The notes under the pieces were generated by a model. That model was not told where the DNA came from. It searched no databases and saw only the letters and a program-made list of their open reading frames with translations. A stretch of DNA of 32,000 bases from an uncultured archaeon. Lineage in GTDB: Archaea; Asgardarchaeota; Thorarchaeia; Thorarchaeales; Thorarchaeaceae. The stretch spans positions 1 to 32,000 of the forward strand of contig CAYHAA010000013.1 in the NCBI GenBank assembly GCA_964354495.1, read 5' to 3'. The translations under genes were made by a program, and so were the position numbers. Position 1 is the stretch's first letter, and the number at the start of each line of letters is the position of its first letter. Positions 8,924 to 16,281 of the stretch are shown piece by piece.

Positions 8924-9769
8924 CTAGGGAAACCTCATAGCAAGTTGTTCCATTTTCTCATCTGACGCGTCAAAATCAACCACGAATTCTTTGAAGACGC
9001 CACTGCATGGATTGCCAGGAGTGACACTGATTCTGAATTCCATATCCCTCGACGCAAGTCCGGAAACCTCGGCAATGTAACTATACACTGTTTCTCCTAG
9101 ATAGGGATTCGATACTTTGCCGGTTTTTCGATGTCTGCATATAGAATCGAATCCTCTGCCTGAAGCGTGAGTCCCCATGAGCTTGACAATGTCCATCGTT
9201 GAAGCTGCGTCTCTCAGAAGTTGGGCCGCCTGCTGCCTACGACCTTGACTGCTGGCGAGAGGACCTCCTGCTTCACGTTCCTCAGCTGAAGCCTTCTTGA
9301 GTATCTCAGCAGTCGGCAGCACTAAATGATGATTGGTTCTTGTAATCATTGAATTGTCCCGCTCAAGGACGCACACGCCATCACCAATCTCAATCGCACC
9401 AACGCCTTGCGGCGATGCAAGAATGAAATTGCACCATTGATACCTTGAGCCGCTATTCAAGTCATCACTAACAAGATCATATGCCTCCTCAATGGTCTTG
9501 CATTCACGAAGGACACGTTCAAGGAGTGTATCATAGGGCGGATCATGAGTGACAAGTACAGTAGTATTGCAGGCAGAGAAACCCCACCTATTCATACCGA
9601 AGGATGCACCACAAGGTTTCGCATTGCTCACATCGACACCACTGACAAGAAGAACATCTCTCTCAAACACTATGCTGTCACTGAAGTCGGTCCAAATCAG
9701 GTCTCGATTCTTTGCTACTATGTATCTATTCCCGACTATCTTTGCTAACGCAGTACATCCGTCTGGCAT
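8924..9769 (-). CDS. Ntn hydrolase, C45-like (Cys nucleophile)
   Basis: MPDG-CT N-terminus, AKNRD, GMNRWG, TNH. Start is 9769 or 9781. Confidence 0.8.
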   Translation of the reverse strand: MPDGCTALAKIVGNRYIVAKNRDLIWTDFSDSIVFERDVLLVSGVDVSNAKPCGASFGMNRWGFSACNTTVLVTHDPPYDTLLERVLRECKTIEEAYDLVSDDLNSGSRYQWCNFILASPQGVGAIEIGDGVCVLERDNSMITRTNHHLVLPTAEILKKASAEEREAGGPLASSQGRRQQAAQLLRDAASTMDIVKLMGTHASGRGFDSICRHRKTGKVSNPYLGETVYSYIAEVSGLASRDMEFRISVTPGNPCSGVFKEFVVDFDASDEKMEQLAMRFP

Positions 9770-9811
9770 GGCTGAATGCATTCATCCTATTCATTTCAAT
9801 ATTGCTTAGCT

Positions 9812-11038
9812 CTACTCAGGAGCAGGCCGTCCAGCAGAGGTCTGAGGTTCGAAGTCTGAAACAAGCTCTTTTCGCCTCCTAGACCTCTGTATTCCGAGAA
9901 GCAGTACTGCTATTAGAAGAGCAATGATATTCAATGCCATATTGAGGAATGAAATGGGCTGCACACTTAGAAATACGTACTCCGCAAATAGACCCCCGAT
10001 GAGTGGACCAATCCATCCTCCTGCGTTCTGAGCACCATATATGAGAGACATTGCACGGCCGCGTTCATCTTCTCCTGAGATACGAGCGGCGAGAGCAGCA
10101 GTCGCAGTTGCAGAAAGCGGATAGATTGGTAGCGCCCACAACAACGCGGCTGCGACAGGGTCCTTGACAATGCCAAAGAAGAAAGCGAATGCGACATAGG
10201 ACGTATACGCTAGTATTAGTGCCTTGTAGGGTCCGCCCCTATCGACGAACTTCCCCACCTGTCCAGTAATGAGAACGCCCATTAGAGACGTGGCTGCGTT
10301 CGCATAACCTACGTACGCTGTACTGCCGCCTAGCTCATCAACAATCATGATTGCGATAAAGGCAGAAACAGCGTTCATCCCAATCTGACTGAAAGCCGCC
10401 GCTGCAGCAAGCCAGCCCATTCCTTCCCTTCTCAAAAGATCTTGATAGCCTCTTTTGATGGATTTATCAACCTCATTAAAGGCGATATCATGGATTAATG
10501 CTGCGCAGCTTAGTATCGCCCCCAATGACAAAACCGCAGCAAAGATGAAGAGTATTCTCATCCCAACGTAGTCATACAGCGCTCCACTGATGAATGAACC
10601 ACAGAACCATCCAGCAGACTGTGCTGCAACGAAATAACCAAGACGTTCACCCTTGTTGGTGGCGTTGGTTGTCAGATGGGCCTGTCCCATTGGCAAGGCC
10701 GCTGAAGAGAACATTGCTCCTACTGCTGCAACAAACAGGTACTGAAAGATGTCAGCGACAAAAGCATAGAAGAGGAATGTAGTGGCATAACCCGCAAAAC
10801 CGATGACCATGAACATCTTTCTCTTCTTCCATCTGTCGGACAGCGAACCCCAGACATTCGTCATAATCATGGTCACAATGGCTGGACACGCAAAGGCTAG
10901 CGATTGTTCGAGGAACGAAGAAGAACTTAGTTCATGTTTGACAAAGTATGTCACATATTGCCAGCTTATCGCTTGCGCTGTAGTTTGTAATGCATACGCA
11001 ATGTAGACTGATGCGATAGACCGGTTCAGGAATGCCAT
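9812..11038 (-). CDS. Major facilitator superfamily transporter
   Basis: About 12 hydrophobic segments. Motif A variants WGSLSDRWKKRK and GKFVDRGG; GERLG/RGRAMS loops. The ORF track extends the start to 11074. Confidence 0.93.
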   Translation of the reverse strand: MAFLNRSIASVYIAYALQTTAQAISWQYVTYFVKHELSSSSFLEQSLAFACPAIVTMIMTNVWGSLSDRWKKRKMFMVIGFAGYATTFLFYAFVADIFQYLFVAAVGAMFSSAALPMGQAHLTTNATNKGERLGYFVAAQSAGWFCGSFISGALYDYVGMRILFIFAAVLSLGAILSCAALIHDIAFNEVDKSIKRGYQDLLRREGMGWLAAAAAFSQIGMNAVSAFIAIMIVDELGGSTAYVGYANAATSLMGVLITGQVGKFVDRGGPYKALILAYTSYVAFAFFFGIVKDPVAAALLWALPIYPLSATATAALAARISGEDERGRAMSLIYGAQNAGGWIGPLIGGLFAEYVFLSVQPISFLNMALNIIALLIAVLLLGIQRSRRRKELVSDFEPQTSAGRPAPE

Positions 11039-11118
11039 AGAATGAAAGCCTCGATTATTGAGGCCAAACACCAAAACGAATCCTTATGGATGTGACGGAG
11101 CAGGAAACCCAACGGGCT

Positions 11119-11133
11119 TCAATACCGTATTGA
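11119..11133. promoter_or_regulatory. Perfect 7-1-7 palindrome, candidate operator
   Basis: tcaatac-c-gtattga in the divergent intergenic region between the MFS and acyltransferase genes. Confidence 0.3.
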
Positions 11134-11195
11134 GAGGCAGATGCGCGTGTAGGATGGTATATGTATCCTGAGCTATTTGCCTTTGGCGAACGCAT

Positions 11196-12635
11196 ATGAT
11201 GGAATCGGGAGAGTTGCCAGCTGTCGATGCAACAGGTGGCGAACTCGAACTGGATAGCGAGAATAAGAGGCCATACTACTTCCAGCTAGATGTGTTGAAG
11301 GCCATTGCCATCGTCTTGGTAGTCATGGACCACAGCTTGACTTGGGAGGTCAAGGCATCAATTGGCAGCCTCTTCTGGGAGAGACTCTCCATTCCGTTCT
11401 TCCTGATGGTCATGGGTTTCAATATGGCGATCTCATTCAAATACATCGGAAGCACAAGTCTTAGAGAATTCTACAGCTGTGCATATCTCAAGCGCAAGAT
11501 TGTACGATATGTTCTCCCTTTCGCTATTCTCTACATGGGCTCTATACTCCTTGGGCTGTACTTCGGACATCTAAGCTTCAATGAGTATACCTTACTGGGT
11601 TCTCTTCCTTTCTGGGGACCTGGAGACTGGTTCATTCCACTTCTCTTTGGGTCTATCGTTGTGTTTCCACTTGTCTGTTGGGCATTCAAAAAGCAGCCAA
11701 TCCTTACAATGCTGCTGTGCTTCATGAGCGAAATCATCCTTCAACTAGTCATGTACATCTGGTTCCCGTATCCCAATGAAACTGCATTGGAAGGATTCAT
11801 AGTATCAGCCATACGTTTGAATATCCTATTCTACTTGCCAGCTGTAGCTCTCGGGCTTTGGTTCTCCGAAGGTCACAACCTATTCGAGAGACACAACTGG
11901 TTCCTTGCTGTATATGCAGCAGTCTGTTTCATCTTCATGATAGACTATACTACACACATCGTAAGATCTATCGGAAGCGATGTCGGTTACGCCTTTACGT
12001 TGATTGACAATATCTTCAGAGGAGACTACACCCTCCTCTTCTATGGATGGGCCGCCGTTCTCATGCTAGTAACTCTGTCAGTGCTCCCTCAGACTGCAAA
12101 AGGGGGTACTCAGATATTCGTTCAAAAGATAGGGAGAGCCTCGTATCACATCCTTCTATTCCAGATTCTCTGGATGTCAATCGTCTACTGGTCAACCTCA
12201 CACGAAGCGGTCTACTACCATGAGATTCCTCAATTCGCAACCATCCTGGGTTGGTCAACACCTCTCCTTTACATTTCCTTCTACCTGATGAATCTCCTAA
12301 TATCGCTCACTGGTGGACTCGCGTGGTATGAGGCAGAGAGGCGAGCCAGCGCAAGAGGAAAACCTTGGTGGAAGCATGTCTGGTTCAGGAGGATATATTA
12401 CCTGTTTGGCGCAGTCATGTCGTTGGTATTGATGGGGGCAGCTATTGAATTCATCAGCGACATCACCGGGCTGACTGAATGGAGTCAGACACATGGAGCA
12501 GACTTCATTCTGAATGAGATTACGGGACCCGGAATCATGCTCAGCTTGCTGGCTATTCTATTCTTCATTGGTTTCTGTATGGTGTTGATGTACAGAGCGT
12601 TCACCCTTCATGATGATAGCGAGATTCCAGTCTAA
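11196..12635 (+). CDS. Membrane acyltransferase, AT3 (OafA/OatA-like) family
   Basis: N-terminal FQLDVLKAIAIVLVVMDH, IPFFLMVMGF, GRASYHILLFQ, AWYEAE. Many TMs plus two extra C-terminal TMs. Confidence 0.85.
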   Translation: MMESGELPAVDATGGELELDSENKRPYYFQLDVLKAIAIVLVVMDHSLTWEVKASIGSLFWERLSIPFFLMVMGFNMAISFKYIGSTSLREFYSCAYLKRKIVRYVLPFAILYMGSILLGLYFGHLSFNEYTLLGSLPFWGPGDWFIPLLFGSIVVFPLVCWAFKKQPILTMLLCFMSEIILQLVMYIWFPYPNETALEGFIVSAIRLNILFYLPAVALGLWFSEGHNLFERHNWFLAVYAAVCFIFMIDYTTHIVRSIGSDVGYAFTLIDNIFRGDYTLLFYGWAAVLMLVTLSVLPQTAKGGTQIFVQKIGRASYHILLFQILWMSIVYWSTSHEAVYYHEIPQFATILGWSTPLLYISFYLMNLLISLTGGLAWYEAERRASARGKPWWKHVWFRRIYYLFGAVMSLVLMGAAIEFISDITGLTEWSQTHGADFILNEITGPGIMLSLLAILFFIGFCMVLMYRAFTLHDDSEIPV

Positions 12636-12692
12636 GCATAATCACACTGCGCTAGCCGTAGGGTATTTGAGTCCTGCCTCTATCGGGAATTC

Positions 12693-13820
12693 ATGGCTGC
12701 CGAAGACAATGAGGTGGTTCTTCGAGTCGAGCGACTCAAGGCCTTCTACACATCCAGTAGGGGTCTTGTCAGAGCAGTGAACAACATCACATTTGAGATC
12801 CGCAGGGGAGAATCAGTGGGTCTCTTTGGCGAATCAGGCGCTGGCAAGACGACTGTTGCGCTTGCGATTCTTGGTCTCTTTGAGAATCTCTCTAGACACC
12901 GTGCATCGATAGCAGCCAACGAGGACAGCAAACGGCTCTGGGAGCTGAGGGACAGTGCGAGAAAGAGAGGATTTACTTCGGAGCAGATGGGACAGGAGCT
13001 TCCTGGCATTGAAGGGCACATCTGGTTCAGAGGAAGAGACCTTCTTACACTCAAAGAGAAAGACTATCGCCAAATCAGAGGAAACGAGATAACATATGTA
13101 CCACAGGGCTCAACGAAATCGCTCAACCCCTACTCCAATATTGCAGAACAGACCGCAGAGAGCCTCTGGGCTCACGATATAGATAACAGATTGACTGAAC
13201 ATGTCGTGATGAAGAGAGTCCTTCAAGCCCTTGACCTCATCGAACTGGGGGACGTGGACCTTCGAAAGACAATGAAACCATCTCAGTTCAGCGTCGGAGA
13301 GGACCAGCGGGTTCTCATTGCTATGGCGCTCATTCCTAATCCAGTCCTCATGATAGCGGACGAACCGACAACTGCTGTGGATATGGCGATACAGCTGCGT
13401 ATCCTTGAGGCTATACAGATTGTCAGGAGAGAGATGCATCTCTCAATGCTCATAATCAGCAACAATCAGGGAACAATCTCTCAGACCTGTGATAAGGTGG
13501 CGGTCATGACAGCTGGTCACATTATGGAATTCGGACCCGCAGCCACAGTCATGAATTCCCCGGGTCATCCATTCACCCGAGCATTCATCATGAGCAATCC
13601 GACAATGCAAGTCATTCGCAGGATCAAAGAGAAGAAACTGAGAATTCGTGGGATCCCAGGCAAGCCGCCGGACCTAGCAGAGCCAATCGCTGGGTGTCCA
13701 TTCAAAGAGAGGTGCGAGTACGCTATGGATATCTGCAGAGAACTGAAGCCGGAATACAGAGAGGTTGAAGCAGGTCACTGGATAATGTGCCATCGATATG
13801 AGAAACTTCCGGCGTGGTAG
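12693..13820 (+). CDS. Orphan DppD-like ABC ATPase, degenerate, with insertion
   Basis: GESGAGKT, PQG Q-loop, FSVGEDQR signature, IADEP, ISNN in place of ISHD, HPFT, C-terminal 4-Cys motif. Confidence 0.9.
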   Translation: MAAEDNEVVLRVERLKAFYTSSRGLVRAVNNITFEIRRGESVGLFGESGAGKTTVALAILGLFENLSRHRASIAANEDSKRLWELRDSARKRGFTSEQMGQELPGIEGHIWFRGRDLLTLKEKDYRQIRGNEITYVPQGSTKSLNPYSNIAEQTAESLWAHDIDNRLTEHVVMKRVLQALDLIELGDVDLRKTMKPSQFSVGEDQRVLIAMALIPNPVLMIADEPTTAVDMAIQLRILEAIQIVRREMHLSMLIISNNQGTISQTCDKVAVMTAGHIMEFGPAATVMNSPGHPFTRAFIMSNPTMQVIRRIKEKKLRIRGIPGKPPDLAEPIAGCPFKERCEYAMDICRELKPEYREVEAGHWIMCHRYEKLPAW

Positions 13821-13905
13821 CAATCTGACTCCTCCCTTCATGTGATGATTTATATCTCAAATCACGATAGGAAATTCAGTACGTTCACTATTGTGGGGAG
13901 CATTA

Positions 13906-14169
13906 ATGGCTGAAATCGATGTGCCAAAATCACCGCCGCCTCCGAGGAGCGGAACAAGAGATGATAGTATAGGAACATTATGCAAACTGGCAGGTGGCTG
14001 TTGTTTAGCTTTTTTCGGATGCATGTTCGGGCTCGTCTTCCTTCTATTCTCACTGTCTCTTATAGCCTATGGCCTCGGGTGGCTCGCGATCTTAGCCTTA
14101 CTCTGCATTGTGCTTGGTTGCTACTCTGCCAAGTACACATGGGATGGAATAAGGAAGGCTTCTGGATAG
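13906..14169 (+). CDS. Small Pro-rich, Cys-rich two-TM membrane protein
   Basis: MAEIDVPKSPPPPRS...LCKLAGGCCLAFFGCMFG...; RBS-like ggggag; AT-rich box tttatatc upstream. Confidence 0.65.
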   Translation: MAEIDVPKSPPPPRSGTRDDSIGTLCKLAGGCCLAFFGCMFGLVFLLFSLSLIAYGLGWLAILALLCIVLGCYSAKYTWDGIRKASG

Positions 14170-14232
14170 CACATTATGAACAATCATTCAGACGCGAATT
14201 ACCAGAGGGTGACAGAATCCCAAGAATGTCAT

Positions 14233-14769
14233 TCATTCTGACATTTGCCCCAGTTTCTCGTCATATAGTTTCTTCACAATCTCAATAACAGAATCGACTG
14301 CAGTGCTCCAGGTGTCTTCCTGAGAACTCAGCGGCGGAATTCCTCCGATCATATGCCGAATCTTGGAAATCTGTGCTGCATGATAGACGCCATGCTGGTA
14401 TGTTCTCAGTATACACCACGCAACACTCGGACCACCCTCTGTGGTAGGCGGGACAATCCGAATCTGTCTTCCATCACACTCGCGAACCACACGCCTGATT
14501 CCGTCGGTGTTCGCCTTCAGCTTTGCCTCGATGTCGTCAAACGTCTCAATACTGAACTTTGGTCCAATATCGTGCTTCGCCCGATGGAACCAGTAGGTTT
14601 CGGCTCCCCCGATATGCCAAATGAGCGAGAGCATGTGGGGGAACTGCTTTTCATCAGAGATCTGTTTCAACAGAGTCTCCTGTGTCAATCCGTTAATAAC
14701 ACGGTATAGATGTGTACGCATGTTCAGATGAGCTTGAATCAGCTCTTCCCTCATCATATTTTCAGCCAT
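14233..14769 (-). CDS. DinB/YfiT-family helical metalloprotein
   Basis: LIWHIGGAETYW and QHGVYHAAQI give the three-His pattern of the DinB superfamily. GGTGA before MAEN. Confidence 0.85.
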   Translation of the reverse strand: MAENMMREELIQAHLNMRTHLYRVINGLTQETLLKQISDEKQFPHMLSLIWHIGGAETYWFHRAKHDIGPKFSIETFDDIEAKLKANTDGIRRVVRECDGRQIRIVPPTTEGGPSVAWCILRTYQHGVYHAAQISKIRHMIGGIPPLSSQEDTWSTAVDSVIEIVKKLYDEKLGQMSE

Positions 14770-14951
14770 GGTATTCACCGTTCAGAAACGCAGATATTAA
14801 TCTTCACAGAGGCAAGAGTTAGGCAGTTGATTGGCCCGCGGGAGTACCGCCACGCACCTCTCCATTGCGCATCTGCCTACAGGCAGGAACTCAGTAATGC
14901 TCCTTTGACACGATTTATTAGCGCCATATTCATCGCCAGCCTTGATGCACA

Positions 14952-16037
14952 ATGGCCAAGGGTGATCCGCTACTCACAGTTCAAAACCTGAGGGCTTATT
15001 ATCCGTCAAAAAAGGGACTTGTCCGCGCTGTTGATGATGTATCATTCATTGTACGTGAGGGTGAGTGCGTTGGTCTCCTTGGAGAGAGTGGGTCAGGCAA
15101 GAGTAGCATGGCCCTCGCTATCTTGGGGCTTTTTGAGAAGGTCGCACGGTTTGCTGCAGGCGCATCAAATGACCCTCAACTAAAACAGGCTTTTGACCGA
15201 GGAACCTCTGGAGATAACGAGAAACCCGGTCTTAGGGGGAAGGTCGTTTTCAGAGATAGGGAATTGACAAGCTTGCCTCAAGAGGAACTCGTCAAAATCA
15301 GAGGAAAAGAACTGAGCCTGATACCTCAGGGTCTCGGACATGCTCTGAATCCTCAACATAGCATTGGGCACCAGACTGCAGAACCTATTGAAGTCCATGA
15401 GGATGAGGTGCGGCTTCTTGAGCTAAAGAGGAAAGTTCTCGAATACCTCGGTATCGTTCAATTGGCAGATGCGGGCCTTAGGTATGTGATGGACCCTGGT
15501 TGTTTTTCCGGGGGCGAGAGTCAACGCATTCTCATCGCCATGGCACTGATAGCGGGACCATACATGGTCATTGCGGACGAGCCAACCTCAGCTTTGGATG
15601 TGACCATGCAACGTCAGATCATGAATGTTCTCAGAATGATCAAGGAGGAGTTTGATGTATCCCTTCTCCTGATAAGCCATGACGCTGGTGTGATTGCTGA
15701 GTTGGCAGATCGAGTTGCTGTAATGTATGCAGGCAAGATAGTCGAATCAGGACCCGCGGTTCAGATGTTTCACAACCCTCAACATCCTTACACAATGGGC
15801 TTGATGACCTCATTTCCAACAATCGCTATGATGCAGATGAAAGCAGGGAAGAGACCAAGACTGCGAGGCATCCCGGGAGACCCTCCAGACCTCGCCAATA
15901 TCCCGTCTGGTTGTCCTTTTCATCCGAGATGTAGGTATGTCATCGACATCTGTAGAGTAACAATCCCAGAAGATCGAGAGGTAGAACCGGATCACCACAT
16001 ACAGTGTCACCGCTGGGGCGAGATATCTGACGAATAA
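14952..16037 (+). CDS. Orphan DppD-like ABC ATPase with insertion
   Basis: GESGSGKS, PQG, FSGGESQR, IADEPTSALD, ISHD, HPYT, GCPFHPRC..C..C. Confidence 0.92.
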   Translation: MAKGDPLLTVQNLRAYYPSKKGLVRAVDDVSFIVREGECVGLLGESGSGKSSMALAILGLFEKVARFAAGASNDPQLKQAFDRGTSGDNEKPGLRGKVVFRDRELTSLPQEELVKIRGKELSLIPQGLGHALNPQHSIGHQTAEPIEVHEDEVRLLELKRKVLEYLGIVQLADAGLRYVMDPGCFSGGESQRILIAMALIAGPYMVIADEPTSALDVTMQRQIMNVLRMIKEEFDVSLLLISHDAGVIAELADRVAVMYAGKIVESGPAVQMFHNPQHPYTMGLMTSFPTIAMMQMKAGKRPRLRGIPGDPPDLANIPSGCPFHPRCRYVIDICRVTIPEDREVEPDHHIQCHRWGEISDE

Positions 16038-16281
16038 GGTGTGAGCGCCAAGAGGCGCCCACGTGAGCTAACCATTCCCAAGTCTTGACCCTCTGGGCCG
16101 TGATTCTCTCTCTAGAAATCACGCGAGACATCACATCAGTTGTGATTGGTTTCTCCCGGCTCGACAACCTTGTCCGTGTGCGGTTCTCATATATACGCCT
16201 TGCTTAAGAGCACCATTTGGGCAAAGATAAGCATACAAGTCATCATGAGGCTGAAAGAAGACTTTCACGCGGGTGCCTAAT

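Noticed and set aside
13842-13865. GTGAT...ATCAC inverted repeat downstream of both orphan ATPases
   Set aside because: Spacing differs (14 versus 13 nt) and the arms are short, so this is not convincing as a shared operator.
14820-14886. Alternative pairings among taggcag, ctgccta and aggcag suggesting a riboswitch
   Set aside because: Only 6-7 bp helices in a divergent promoter region, upstream of the likely TATA box of the ATPase gene, with no recognisable aptamer.
15940-16167. 75-aa minus-strand ORF with a TATA-like box upstream
   Set aside because: TTG start, 98-nt antisense overlap with the ATPase gene and no protein-like motif. Kept only as part of the possible non-coding transcript finding.
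16202-16212. 11-bp tgcttaagagc also found inverted at 30376-30386, and a 12-bp match between 11135-11146 and 14868-14879
   Set aside because: Matches of this length are expected by chance in 32 kb.
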